A stretch of 64,000 nucleotides of DNA from Octopus vulgaris (lineage: Eukaryota), in assembly GCA_951406725.2 (NCBI GenBank), contig OX597818.1, positions 46,810,001-46,874,000 of the forward strand, given 5' to 3'. Every line of letters begins with the position of its first letter. Position 1 is the first letter of the stretch. The translations under genes and the position numbers were made by a program. Under the pieces are notes generated by a model that ran no database searches, had not been told where the DNA came from, and saw nothing but the letters and a program-made list of their open reading frames with translations. Shown here piece after piece: positions 13,099 through 27,464 of this stretch.

Positions 13099-15809
13099 TC
13101 CCAAAAGGTGAATGATAGCTCTATGGTTCTTACAGACATCTCAGACTACTGAAACAATTTTTAGAGTGAAGCCTAGAAAGGGACAAGGATAAGGAGGAGA
13201 AAATATCACACCAGGTGAACAGGAGCAACACAGCTAATTCAGAGGCATGAAGAGCATTATAATGAGTATAGAAAAGGTATATCTCGGAACTGGCTGTAGT
13301 GTATGAAATTTAGTCAATAATTTGACCAACCGACACTTGAATGTTTGGATGAGTATAGCAATACCACCCCATATATGTGAACAGTTGATTTTATTTAAGT
13401 TTTGTGAAGGGTCAGCAAAAACTAGAGAGTTGATGATGAAGTATATTGAAGCTCTAAAGAAGAAGGCTACCTTTAAGTCATGAGAAATTTAAGTTGCAAT
13501 TTATGTCTAAGGTCATCGTGACAATGTCAGAGTCTGTGAATCTGGTGTTTGCAGTGATCTTGAGAGTTTTGTTGTGCATTGTTCATGTGTGGCAATTGTT
13601 CAAGAAATCAGTGGATGTCTGGTGAAAGGTGTCTACGTTGCATGTGGCAGACAGCTGTATGCAGAAGGTAAGGGGGCATGAAGGCTATTATTGTCTGCAT
13701 AAGAGTGTGTGCAGTTACAAATAATATTAAGTCATTAAAAATATGGGAGACATAACAGAACTTTACAGTATACCAGAGTTATCAGAATGTGGGGCAGACA
13801 GAACCCTAGTCAATACACTCTGCAATTGAGTAATCTGAGAGTAAACTTTCAATCCAAACGATGCATGAAGCCCAAAGCAAGCAAATTTGTAGATATTCAT
13901 TACAAACAACAGTGCATACAAAGAAGCCCTTGGTGACAATAAAGCACCAGGGTAACACACAACAGCTCGATTCTGGTAGATGGTTCTACATAAACCATAT
14001 TGGTGATGATTGAGAAGAGAGAAATAATAAAATTGATGAAGGTGATGGTTCATTATAACTGTTCCCTTCACTTTTGAAAATAATGATTACAAAAGCTTTA
14101 TTATTCTGGTAATCATGATGACAAAGGAAGTGAACAATATTGAGAAACGACAAATTTGGTATTGTGCATTCAGTTTGCTGTTGGGAACTTTAAATATATT
14201 CTCAAAATTTCCTTTCATGGTAGGACTATATATATTAATTATATTTCAGCACAGTACATATATTAAAGTTGCCAAAATATTCAAAAAAGAAAAAAAAAGA
14301 AAAGAAGGAGAAAGAATAACAAGTGCTCATTGTTCTGAATAGGAACAGCATAGAATATTGATTTAGCAGAAGAGCAGAAAATAAGATAGATATGTTGGTG
14401 TGAGTGAAATAATAAAAACTATCTGATTAACAAACTACTTTGTTTACCTATATTTATTCCAGTAAATTAACTATTGATAATGCCATATTTTAATAGTAAT
14501 AATGTGCATATTTTTACAAACATTCATACACTAAATAATTATAACTACACTCTAAAACTACCTGCTGCTTAACATCTATTCATAAGCAATGAATAATGAA
14601 TTTTCACTCATTTTGTAGTACTTAACCATTCTGGTTAAGTGAGCTTCCACATGTATACAGAAAATAGCTACTTAAAAATTGAAAAACTTCAACATCTAGT
14701 AATTTGAGCTGTAAGAATAAAAACTGTTTAGCATTTAATTATTTTTTCCTTTTGTTGTTTAACAGGTGCACTTTTCTTGGAATTACACTGTACATAGGGA
14801 GCTTCATAAAAAAAAAAAAAAGGAACTTATTATTCACATAAGAACCTTAGTTTCATGTCAATATTTCTTTATTGGTTTTTAACCATTCTGCTGAAGTCAT
14901 TCTGCTAGATCAGCATCATAATATGATAATTCATTAAAATTGTCAAAGTTAAATGCCTATATTTTTGAAATTTATTATTCATTCAGGGGTCTTTAATATA
15001 TAAGTAAATATATTCTTTCGCAGTTTGTGATATGCTGAGCACAGGCATGGCTGTGAAGTTAAGTTTGCTTTGCACTGTGTTTTCTGCTATAGCACCTGGC
15101 CAACCAAAGACATGTGAGTGGATTAAGTAGACAGAAACTAAAAAAAGTTTGTTGTGTGTGTGTGTATTTACTGCATGAGGACTGTAAACCAGCATTTTCA
15201 ATCTTCTGTGAAAATATGTCTGGCCATGAACAAATATTACCTTACTTGGAAACAGGTGAGGGTTGGCACCAGGAAGCGCATCCAGCAATAGAACACCTGC
15301 CTCAGCAAATTCCATCCAACCCATGACCATGGAAAAGTGAACAGTAAAATGATGATCATTATTATGCCAGTATAGTCAGTCTTTCAGTGCCATGTTTACA
15401 AGTACACAAACAATTAAATATTTTAAATATACAAACATGAGAATCTAACTTTTCCGTTTCTTGCAGATTCTAAGGCAAGGCACCTTCATAAAAAGATGGT
15501 AAAACCAGTTTCAATAAAGTCAAAAGACAGCTGTGACTGAATGAAATGACCAGATAAAGGTGATTAAAGTTATGTATTATTTTTACTGTTTTGTCCTTTG
15601 TGTATGTTTATTCTGGAGCACCATCTTCAAGGATTATAGTTGATTATACTGATCCTACTCTATATAATCATGTACTTATCTATAAACCTTGTTAAGAAAA
15701 AAAATATGTAAGGTGTAGCATAAGAGGAGATAATTCAGTTACAACTAAATACACAAGGTTTACTCCTATCAATATACACAAGTACATTTATGTATGATGG
15801 CTGAGGCTG

Positions 15810-16185
15810 GTGTCATGGAACTAGCAACTGTGCCAGTGGCACATAAAAAGCACCTTTCAAGTGCTGGGCCTCATGCAGACAATGACAAACGACTGAGACC
15901 TTTGGCAATATGTTGTGCTTGAGAAGGAAGATCCATCAAGCCGAGTGAAATAGTAATCAATGGCAGATATTGGGGTCATGCAACTGGCGCTTGTGCCCAT
16001 GGCATGTAAAAGGACCTATTACACACTCAGAGTAGTTGGTGTTAGGAAGGGCATACAGCTGTAGAAACCATGCCAAATCAGACTGGAATCTGGTGCAGCT
16101 CCTCAGCTTACTAGCTCTAGTCAAACTGTCAAACCCATGCCAGAATGGACAATGGATGTTAAATGATGATGATGATGATGATGAC
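15810..16185 (+). mobile_element. RTE LINE 3' end with (GAT)n tail
   Basis: ORF-end remnant GACTGAGACCTTTGGCAATATG, GTGCC-N3-GGCAC units, GGAAGGGCAT core, GAT tail. Confidence 0.8.
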
Positions 16186-17159
16186 CTGTATAGTTTCAAT
16201 TTACCAAATTTCATAGACACTGCTGCACCCACAATTATACACATATATACACACAAAATGTATCAACAGGAAATGGTTGCTTTATGAGGTTAAATTTCTA
16301 ACATTTGTAAGAAATTAAGTAATGATGTACTTGTTAAATTCTTAATTTTAAAAAAATTCTTTGGACAGAAAAGGTTGAAGAAAAACCTAGTGAGGACTGT
16401 TTATGGCTTTGAATGACAAAGGGACATGATTTCAAGAAATTAATAATTCTTAGTAAATTAACATGATAGCAGAAAAAGGTGATCTGAGTTTTGCTTCAGA
16501 GACAAGGGTTTCTGCCTCAACAGGCATCAACAGAATAGCTTTGTCCACTTTACCTCCAAAGAAGATGGAAACAGTGAGGAAGCCTTTCGTGTGCGTGTGT
16601 GTATCTGTCGTCCCCACTAACATTTCACAACCAGTGTTGGGATGTTTACATCCATGTAATTTAGCAGTTTGATAAAAGAGACCAATAGAATCAGTACCAG
16701 ATTTAAAAAAGAGGACTAAAATCCTTCAGAATGGTGCCCCAGCATGGCAACAGTCCAATGACTGAAATAAGTAAAAGATAAGACACTGTATTATGTATGC
16801 ACACACATGCACACACACACAGTGTGTACACATACAATAAAACTCTCAATAAAAACAGCTTCAAATAGCATGGTTTATAAATTGACACCAAATTCCTAAA
16901 ATTATAAAATGAGAAAGAAAAAATTACAAAATTTATAAATGGAAAGAAAACCCTCAAAAATACCACAGTTTGGCAGCAACAGCAGCTATTGTATGGCTGT
17001 TAACTGCCATTTGAATCCTAACTTTTCGCCTTTATATAACTGTTTCAATATAAAGTGAAGCAGCTAACCTCACTCAGCACAGCAATAGACACTAAAATAC
17101 CATACATAATATAACCTCAATTACTATGGATAAAATAAAAACAAGTGAAAAAGTCTTGA

Positions 17160-17510
17160 TCATCATCATCATTTAACATACATTTTCCATGCTGGCATGT
17201 GTTGGACAGTTTGAGAGGATCCGACGAGTCACAGAACTGCTTCAAGATCCAACATCAGCATTGGTATGGTTTCTATGGTTGCAAACCTTTCTTAATGCCA
17301 ACCACTTTACAGTGTGCACTGGGGGAGGGGAATTGCTTTTATGGCACCAGCACTAGTGAGGTTGCCTGGTAACTTGCAAGACAAGAAAAGAAAAAGTCCC
17401 TTCAACTAAGCAGGAGTATATTTGAGAGAGAGGGAGGTGGCTTTATGCCCAGTGTTGAAAAACTAAAGTATGATAGAGAGACAAGCACAGGTGTCTTATA
17501 AAGATAAATT
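17160..17510 (-). mobile_element. RTE-type 3' end, diverged
   Basis: (CAT)n followed by TTTCCATGCTGGCATG..CCTTTCTTAATGCCAACCACT. Confidence 0.7.
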
Positions 17511-18294
17511 GCTAACTCACATTATACAAGGCCTTACAAGTGTGGGTGTGAGTAGCTGGAAAGAAGATAGAAACAGTGGTGATGAGGTGCCAAAGCATAC
17601 ACTCAAGATACACAGTCAATATAAGAGAGAACATGGACAGAAGGTAAGCTAAGATGGGTTTCAGAAAAAAAAGATAAAAGAAGTCCTGTGATTTTTTTTT
17701 TTTTTTCAGTAGAGGAGATACCATGCTGTCAAGAGAGGAAAAGGCAGTGCCCATGACATACTTTCTTGAACTTCGGAAATTAGTAGAAGGAAGTAAATAA
17801 GTTATCCTCAAACAGGAGACCTGACCTAAATGCTTTCAGAAGGGTGAACACTGCTCAAGGCTTCCAAGGTACCAGGTGATGGAGTTAAACCAAATGATAG
17901 ATTAAGTTGGCCACCCAAGAACTTAAGAATATGAAGAGCTGGAAGAAATATCACAAAGCATCCCAGTTGATGCCCTACCAATTCTGCTAATGCACTGCTC
18001 AGAGCTGGTTCTTTATTTTATCAATCCCAAACGATGAAAGGAAAATTTTGGCTGTAGTGAGTTTGTACTCAGAGCAGAGACAGCCAAAACAAATACTGGA
18101 AAGTAATTTCTCCAACATTAAGTTTACCAATTTGCTGCTATTTAAGTATTTTTCAAGGAAATAATTTCTCCCTCTCTGTCTTGTGTACACCACAGAAATG
18201 CATAGCATTGCATTTTTAATAAACTGTAGAATAATAAGCACATTTTCACTATCCTTTATTAATACATCACATAGCATTTTCATGAATGAGTTAC

Positions 18295-18330
18295 CTGTGC
18301 TTATCAGAATTTTATGGTACACACACACAT
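18295..18330 (-). other. Candidate 36-nt exon (phase 1-1 open)
   Basis: aatattttcag|ATGTGTGTGTGTACCATAAAATTCTGATAAGCACAG|gtaact; frame (D)VCVYHKILIST. Confidence 0.3.
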
Positions 18331-19064
18331 CTGAAAATATTAAACTTACTCTTATTTTCATTACTTTTGTTGTGAATTTTAATTCTATCATTAACAAATA
18401 TTCTTTACAGCAAAAAAAAATTTACTGCAGTTGTAAACTCCCTTATCTCTCAAAAAAAAGAGAAAAAAAAAAAAGAAATCTTCAACTTTTTTTAAATTAA
18501 CAGAAGACATAAACACCGAATTACTTATTAATAATTCAAATACAACTGTGATTATAAATCAAACCATTAAGTTTTTTTGGTTTTTTTAATTAAGAAGAAT
18601 TGCAGCCAATGAAAATATGACAAAATGTTTATGCACCAACTGAAGAATTTCTCCAAAATAATTTTATGTCTGCCAATTAGAAAAATTATTTCAAAGTTGT
18701 TAAATTTTATGTGGTGTTTTTATTCAACTTCAGATTCACAGTAATTATTATATTTAGTGCCACAACTATGTAACTATGTTAACTGTATCTTCATATTTGC
18801 TTCCAAACTAAAACAATTCACTGCAACTATGTTAATCAACATCAATTTGACACCAATGTTGAAAATGATTTCTTGCAATTTATAAGGGCATTAAAAGTTC
18901 AGTTACATTTTCAAAATATCACCCAGATAAATACCAATCGGTGTCACAATACATTTTAAATTCTCAACAATCTTGTTCAATTTGCTGGCAATTTGGAAAA
19001 AAAAAAGACATAACATCAACTAAAAAAATTTCTTCACCATAGCCATATCTTGTATCTATTACAT

Positions 19065-19370
19065 CTTTCAATCACAGGACTGTAGCCATGTTGGGACAAC
19101 TTGCCCCTTGAAGGGTTTAGTTGAACAAATGACCCTAGTCTGGTAATTATTCTATTGGGTTTTTTCCAAACTACTAAGTTACAGGGACATAAGCAAACCA
19201 ACACCAGTTGTCAAGCAGTGAGGATAGATACACGTACACATGCATACATACATAGGACTTTCGTACAGTTTCTGTTTAAGCTATTGTACATTTGGGTAAG
19301 GTGCTACACAGGGGATTGAACCCAAAACTATGTGGTTGTAAAACAAGCTTCTTAACCACACAGCCATGCC
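19065..19370 (-). mobile_element. Family A SINE, diverged
   Basis: Matches the family A blocks in reverse. Confidence 0.7.
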
Positions 19371-19796
19371 TGGATTTTACTTAATTCTTCATTCAAATAT
19401 AAATCCAAATATGAACCTATCTAATATAAGATTATTAAAATGTTTATGACCCACTTCTTTGAAAACATTGAATATAAATCATAATTTTTAATTTGTAAGA
19501 CATTTTTTTAATTGAAAACGTTGATAAAAAATTTAAAGAAAATTTAATTTATTGTATTGTACAAAGCAGCTTGTTTGGTAGTAATTATATAAATTTTTGT
19601 CTCACTTTGTTTAATACATTCTATGATATAATTTTAAAAACAAAAGCTAGATATAATTATTAATTTTACAATATAAAACAGGTTGTTTAATTAGATCAAC
19701 TGAATCTTGCTTTTTAATCAACTTTTGAGATGAAAATTGAAAAAAGAAAATTATTAATGATAGAAAAATAACTGCAATCAACAGTAAAATTATGCT

Positions 19797-20262
19797 TTAA
19801 CCTTTTAGCATTTAAACCAACCATATCCAACCCAAATGTTCTATTTGTTTTATGTTCAAACTAGTGAGGTCCTGCCTCTCACATCTACCCTACAATGTCA
19901 TTTGAAAAATATACATAAAAAACATCATTTGAGCATGGCTGTTGCCAGTACCGCCTGACTGGCCCTCATGAAGGTGGCACATAAAAGCACCCACTACACT
20001 CTCGGAGTGGTTGGCGTTAGGAAGGGCATCCAGCTGTAGAAACTCTGCCAGATTAGATTGGAGTCTGGTGCAGCCATCTGGTTCACCAGTCCTCAATCAA
20101 ATCATCCAACCCATGCTAGCATGGAAAGCAGACGTTAAACGATGATGATGATGATGACAATCATATCAAAATTTTGAAGCTGCAAGATAGTGCAGGATCA
20201 ATAGAAAACAATGTGAATAAATATGCATTGCACTCAACATGGTAATCTGAATGCTAAAGGAT
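19797..20262 (-). mobile_element. piggyBac-type MITE split by an RTE 3' end (about 19920-20157, +)
   Basis: TTAA-CCTTTTAGCATT ... AATGCTAAAGG termini; reverse of the 27469-27684 element; the RTE UTR with GAT tail sits inside. Confidence 0.8.
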
Positions 20263-21399
20263 TATTCTTCAAAGTTTGATACTTTTAAATAAATATAGAA
20301 ATTTTTGAGGGAGAATATTTGAAACGAGAAAATTTATAATTAATTTTAGCTGAAAATAGAATCACAACAAAAAACAAAAATCATATATGTAACTTGTCAC
20401 ATTAACCTAAGATACAGTTATTAATTACACTCAAACAAATTATCTATCAAAAAGCTTCTAACTACATAGTGTTAATAGTTTTGGTATTACTATAATCCTT
20501 TTCTATTATTAGTGCTTGGATGAATTAATAATATTGCTCCTTTGCTGGCTTTGAACTCAGATGTGAAAGGGATTGTCTTAAAACTAATGTTGCAATGTTT
20601 TATGTCACTCTGGATCAAATGGGAAATTAATTTTAGAAACCCAAGGTACCTTGGTGCTGGAGCACCTAAACCATCCAGGAGAGTTACAAAGCAGACAGCA
20701 CAAAATGCAACAACAGAGGGGTGTCCAGGAGTCATGACCTGTATGTGGCCTGGCTCCCTTAGAGTTTAAGGAATTAAGAGCCAAAACACTAGCAGGAGGC
20801 AAGTGGTTCTTCTCTAAAGACCTTAATCTGTACTGTAAAAGATTGCTCATGATACAGATGCTGCAAGCTACACAGTTATTGTTGTTTGTTTGGTAGGAAG
20901 AAAGGAATTTTCTGCAAACCAGAGACCTGACCAAATGCTTGCAACAGAATGAGCTCCACTGAAGGCCCTCAAGGACCATGCAATGGTGTTTATATTCAAC
21001 ACAAATATAGCTAATAGTATGGGTTTTAGGTTCAGTCCCAATGCATGGCACTTTGAGCAAGTTTCTTCTACTGTGGTTAGGGCCAACTGAAACCTTATGA
21101 TTGGAATTGGTAGACAGAAACTAAAAGAAGCTTGGTGTGTGTGTGTGTGTGTGTGTGTGCATGTGTGTACCCTGTCTTGACATTGTATAATGGTTGTGAA
21201 CAACCATTATGCTCATACAAGTAATGTTGTTTGTGTCCAGTCTTCTCTGGAAAGTATGTCAGGCCAAGGTGAAATATCACCTTGTTTGGAAACAAGTGAG
21301 GTAACAGAGTACAACTTGATGTGCACTGCTTTGAAACAAATAAGCTACATTTGTCAACATGTCGTTTGCATGCCCTAGCTAGCTGGTGGGAAAAGTCAC

Positions 21400-21540
21400 A
21401 GGCTCCCATATCCAGATGTCATCACCAGAGATTCAGGATATGAAGTGCAAGACCTTGGTGTGTTAATGAAGAATCATGAACTCTGGGAAGAAGTAGTAAG
21501 GTCTCTCTTGACTGGGATCACCTAATGATGATGATGATGG
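21400..21540 (+). mobile_element. RTE/RTEX-like LINE extreme 3' end
   Basis: YPDVITRDSGYEVQDLGVLMKNHELWEEVV*-type C-terminus followed by (GAT)n. Confidence 0.6.
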
Positions 21541-21899
21541 GAACTATGCAATCCATGATGGATATATTATTTTTATTATTAATTTTTGCTTTTAGAAGGT
21601 TTGTGCATTGGCTACTTTTACTGAGCTCTATGTGCAACAGGGATGTTGTAGATAATTCTTTACAGTCATGTTGTTTAACCTCCAAGTCAGCTTTGATCAA
21701 ATAGACCTGGCTGCTATTTCTATTAGATCAAGTAGCTAGCTAGAGGCATCTTCAACTCTTCTACATATGATTATGTTACTAAGTATGGTGGTGGTGGTGG
21801 TTACCTGGATGTTCTTTGATGTTGTTGGGGGAAAAAAAAAAGAGATATAGTGGATCTGATAGGTGCTACTTCTAGCTTATTTGTTTAGAGCCAGGTTTT

Positions 21900-24210
21900 G
21901 GGTGGCTGATGTAAGATGGGAGTTGTTAAGCAACAGTATCTGAGGAATAACGGGGAATCTGAGGAACAGTGCAGATGACAGCTGCAGGAGTCAGTGTGTA
22001 TGTTTTATAAGTAATGTAGGTAGGTACAGTTAAATGGAGTGTGTTAGGCCTTTACTATACACCATTCAGGAAATTATAGATTCTAGGTGTGTTGTTATTG
22101 TTCTTGGTGTTCACAAGCCATAATTAACCAATCAGGATTTTGTGTGTTTTTGAAGTTAGCGCTTAGTATTTTGATTATAAGTGGATAGAAATGACTGGAG
22201 GCAAAAGCTTTATTAGTGTGAGTTTGTGAAACATTGTTTAAGTAGATTTATAGTACATAGGTAATCAACCAAACACTTAGTGCAATCTATAGTTAATGCA
22301 TAAACCAATTAAATGCATCTGGTTGAGAAACATATAGCACGCTCCACCATGCAGTTGTTAATTGCGTGGAATGCAGTGTAGCATGTTAAATTTTTGTTAC
22401 TTTTAATATTTGTTACATTGTGCAGATGGCCTGTAAACATCCTTTGTGGTGTCTATCATTGGCCATGATTAGTTACAAAGAAAGGATGGTCTCAGGTAGG
22501 ACTGACATAATTCATTATGGATTGAATATATAGTTAGCACACTGTTGTTTTTTTTGTGCCAAGCAAAAAGAGAAGCTAAGAATGCTTTATGTATGTTTGT
22601 GGTCCGTTTTGCTATGTTGCTTATGAGTGCTGTGAATATCTTATGTAACTCAGAATATTTCTGTGTCATGGGCAGAGACGACTCCAGGTCATCAGCATCA
22701 CTTGGGCTCATCACAGATTTTGCATAAGACATGCCTGCTCAAAGAATTTTACATTTTTCCGCTTTATTTCTAGCCACAAATGGCTTATTTTTTTTATATC
22801 TAGCACTATGTCTTTCTCCATTTCTAAGTTAAGGGTTAAAATAAAACAACCCTGCAAAACAGAACTGATCTTTGCACACAGACACACAGAATAACAGCAA
22901 TCAAATAACCACAGCAGAGTGCGCAACAAACATCACCGATCTGACTGTTGCCTGCACTCTTCACAGGAGATGCCAGTTAGTTTTTTTTACACCTACTAGG
23001 CTCATTCATATTAGCCCAAGTTGCTAGATAATTTTTTGTTCCATTAAGAATATTGGAGGACAGAAACTTTTCGTAGATTGGAATTTAAATCCTAATCTCT
23101 ATAGAAATTTATTGTTTCAAGAAAACATTGAATTTGAATTACTTTTAATTTTTACGATCATAGATAACAACTTGGGCTGTAACTTCTGAGCCCGAGTCAG
23201 ACGTGTATAAATGATGTCAAGAGGATGTCCGCTACAAATATTTTTTGACACAGAGCACCTCTAAGTTGACCGCCAGACGCTGAACAAAAATAAATGAACT
23301 GCGACCAGGCTCAATAAAAGGAGTCCAAGTTATTGGCTGCATTTACAGACTTGAAGTCAGTGTTGGCAGAAATTAAATCCATTTTGCAAATACACGTTCA
23401 CTTTACTAAATTTATACTTTCCGTAGATTGGAATTTAAATACTAATCTCTATAGAAATTTATTGTTTCAAGAAAATACTAAATTTGAATTACTTTTAATT
23501 TTAACTTTTGGGTACTTTTACTGAGCTCTATGTGTAACAGGGATGTTGTAGATAATTCTTTACTTTGCTTGGCACAAAAAAATAACAGTGTGCTAACTAT
23601 ATATTCAATCCATAATGAATTATGTCAGCCCTACCTGAGACCCTCCTTTCTTTGTAACTAACCATGGCCAATGATAAACACCACAGCACATCAAAGGATG
23701 TTTATAGGCCATCTGCACAATGTAACAAAATTGCTGGAGTCACCACTGGTTGTGTGTATATGAGAAATTTATGCTATTACTATGAGGATGGTTGTATTTG
23801 ATGGTCTCTGATGGAGCTGGTATGGTAAATGGTAGGTGCTACTTTAACTCTGTTCTTTTGAGCCGACATTTCTAGATGATTGATGAATAACCAGAGAAGT
23901 TGTGAAACTGTGATGAGAAAATGTAACTGTATTATCATTTTCAATCAAGGCTGAGTATTTTGTTGCAACTGACATTGCTATATATTCTTTGAATGAGGAT
24001 TGTCAGCACTATGGTGCTAAACTGAATTTATGCAGTGAATTGGAAAGACAAGTAAGAATTCAGTAAGCTGGTGATATCTAGATCAAGACTTCTTATTTAG
24101 GATGCACAAGGAAGGTTGGTGGATATGTATGATATTATTTCATGTGGGTTTGAGTCAGCTTTTAGAACTGTTATAATTTGGTCAATATTTCTGAGGTTTG
24201 GCAGTGTTAG
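21900..24210 (-). mobile_element. Heavily decayed, rearranged Penelope-like ORF remnants
   Basis: Minus-strand SKGLTHS (about 22050) and LPNLRNIDQIITVLKADS (about 24150-24205) resemble the PLE KGLNF and LRNNKDIVIKPADK motifs, but appear out of order. Confidence 0.3.
23066..23502. repeat. About 85-bp direct repeat pair (23066-23152 and 23416-23502) enclosing a CpG-rich 260-bp segment
   Basis: CGTAGATTGGAATTTAAATMCTAATCTCTATAGAAATTTATTGTTTCAAGAAAA occurs twice, offset 350 bp. Confidence 0.9.
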
Positions 24211-27200
24211 CATTAGTGGTGATTGTATCGCCCAAAGCAAAATCTAACCAAGTAGATCTATGATCAAAGATCTTCTGCTCGTAACCATCCTATCTTTTCA
24301 CAGACACGGTATCTACTGCTACATTGTCCAATATCCTTCCTCTTCAAGATTTATAATATGAAAAAAATTTGATTATTGCTTCTAGCAGGCCAAGTAACCA
24401 TGTAGAAGCTCTCATTGTGGCTTGTGGAGTTAGTGATTGAAAATGCTAGTAAGTTCAATCATTTCTCCAGGCCCTACAGAGCCTCTACATAGTCAGTCAA
24501 TCAGCAGCCGAATTCTCCGACTACTCCCTGCCATCTTAAAAAGAGGAAAGCACTGAAGAATTTAAATCTGAAAACAATAAGCCAGCAAAGAAAACGGAAA
24601 AAATGTTTACAGAGAGAATGCTGGTCAAACAATTATAAATCTGACACAAAGAAAAAAACTTGACACCAAGCGTGAAAAAATGTTTGAAGGTAACACCTTT
24701 GTAGAAAACAGCCAGTAAGTACTTTAAAAAAGTTAAGAGAATCAGAGCCAAATCAGTTCACAGAACAACAACAACATAATCATCAACATACAATTCCACA
24801 AAATAATTGTAGAAGCATCCGGAAAACACTACAAAGGAAAAGAAACAAAACGTACTGAAGAAATAGCTATATAGGAACATCAAGTACAACACACAACAAA
24901 CCAACAATATAGTTTCTATGTGGACGTTTGAGCAGCTAGAGACAGCAGCCAAATATCCTTGATGAGATTACAGGGTTAGAAAAGGACATGTTAGAAAATG
25001 TGGTTCAGGGTTCCTTGCATAAAGGAAAGTTGGTCACAACTAGAACACCTTTGATCATAGATTTGCTCAATCAGAGTGGACCTCGGTCTACACAACAATT
25101 ATGACCTCTTCATTCCAAAAATAGGGAAATTCCAAAACTTAAACATTTTAGATTCCAACAAAATTACAAATATACACTAATATAGTTTGATTTGGTGGAA
25201 GTATGAAGATGAATAAATAAGTATATGTCGATGAAATAAATTGTAGAACTTCTGCTAAAATGGTTGAAACTAATACAGGATTATGAAGCTTAAAATCTGG
25301 CTTATCAGACAAACAGGAAATTTCCAATATGAAGAACCCAGTCAAGCATACGAGATAGCCATGATATGATTTTTAACCACAAATACATGAATACTTAGTA
25401 CAAAAAGGCAAGTTCATATACTACCATAAATTTTACAAGTTTACATATTCAGAGACATACATGTATTTTTAAGAGAGAGATATTTTACAATGGGAATATT
25501 TTTTTTATTCTTTTCAAAATCCAAATCAAATCTACAACTAACTTAGCTAATATAATTCGCTTTCCTTTCAAGGATTTAACAACAGTGTGTTTGTAATTTT
25601 AGCTCCTAAGAAAACTGTTTGAATTTATTGATTAACAATCTAGGATTGTTCAGACAATAGATTTCTATATATTGACCGTCAAACATAAATATTACATAGA
25701 TAGAATATAAACAAAACAAAACCAGAAAAAGTGAGCATTTGCTTTTATTTCTGTATATTGTATCTATGCAATATCCATGCTTATATTCAATATATAAAAT
25801 GAACACATTTGATTATTGTGTTTACTTTCCAAAGTTTATCTGAAGAGTTTTTTAAACAGAACTAAGAAAAATAGTATTTGTAGAAAATACACTTATTTTC
25901 TTACTACTTATTCAAATGTCTATTTCCACTTAAAATTTCTAAATCTTATCATGCTTCTCAACAAATCAATCATGCTGGTCAATCGCATTGCCTATGCAGA
26001 AAAAAATTTTAAATATACTTCACTTCCTTTCCAAAGGCCACTGCCTTCATTTACATACCATACACTGTAACAGCTACCCAGCTTTCTACCAGAACATTAG
26101 TAACAAAAACTACCAATCACTCTGGCTGGAACTCTTCTCCTTTCCTTAAACCGATTTGTTTTCTATGACACAGTTCGCCAACTCAAAGACTCTCGAAAGA
26201 CTCAACATTTTTCTTACCTTCAAACATGACCTTTATTGTACCACAAAGTTTCTTCCTCAATAAGATTATCTTCCCATTGCTTAATCAAGGTATTCTGTTC
26301 TCCATAAACTAATCTCTAAACTGTGAACCAAATGGAAGAGATTACAATAGCCTGAGATGACTGACAATTTGCAGTTCTTGAGAAGATTTGCCCACCTCAG
26401 TGAAACTGAAATTCTAGAAGTACAATGTGTGTATATACAGACACATACAACTACCCTCCACCTGCCCAATTTCCTTCTCAAGACATTCTCACCACCCATC
26501 ATCTCTCTAACTCCACTATTCTGTTGTAATTTAATGTGAGCAAAATTACATACTTCAGCCTTTCCCTAACACTATTTACCCATCTTACTACCCAGAACCA
26601 CTTAACCTCTTATCCATTTTTCATTCTTAATACTGTCCTCTCCACCCGCATTTTACATTGATCACCCTCCTGAGTCGCCAAATTATCTCTCCTCCTCCAA
26701 TCAACACATCTGCTCTATATTCTTACAATCTTCCCAACTACATGTCATCTCACTATTTCTTTTTCATCCATCCTCTCTCTCTCTTCCCTTGTCCATTATT
26801 ATTATTATTATTACTATTTTGCCACTTTTCAGGACAGAAAAAAGCTTCAGCTTTGATAAGCTGCTGAGTATTTAAGAATTGCTCACATACCTGCCACAAT
26901 GCAGCTGCAACAGATAAACATTCTAAACAATAACCAAAATGAGGCCGCCTGGTTGTTTGATAATCTTATAACAACTAACACACAATAAGCTGTTTCCTTT
27001 CTGTCTCTTTCGTCATAATTTCAAGAGCTTCTCCTCCAAACTAGTAAGATATGTCCACTATCACTACCACTCCTCTTTTCGTCATTCCCACTGAGTTTCA
27101 AAGACCACACTGTGCATTTTATTCAATTTTTTATCTCCTGACGCCCTTGAAACTCTTCCTTCGCCAATATTTTCCCTACAAACATCAGCTTACTGCTAGT

Positions 27201-27464
27201 TCCATCTGAACATAACTACATTTTCCTTTCCAGTCTATTGCATAGCTGATTATTGTATCAGTTGAGTATCATACTCAGCAGGTTTCCTGATATTTATGTA
27301 TAGCAACCGGGTGATGAAGCATGAAAAAAAAAAAAATGACCACCAATCTCAATCATTTTTTTTTTAGTTTCAAACGACTCTTTGCTTTTTTTTTTTTATT
27401 ATCAATATATCTGTCGATTATCTCTGACACTATTCATTTCAACACCGATCTGGTTTGAGAGTAT

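Noticed and set aside
13180-14070. Possible old retroelement ORF (also 4050-4560, 24540-24900, 26030-26500)
   Set aside because: The composition looks TE-like, but I could not recover a diagnostic motif by eye.
14740-15505. Plus-strand acceptor-like sites (14765, 15466) and a possible 32-nt exon
   Set aside because: Weak donor and no consistent plus-strand exon chain; such sites arise by chance in AT-rich DNA. An antisense lncRNA cannot be excluded.
17999-18397. 132-aa minus-strand ORF
   Set aside because: AT-rich low-complexity composition, TTG start, ends in a SINE remnant, no recognisable domain.
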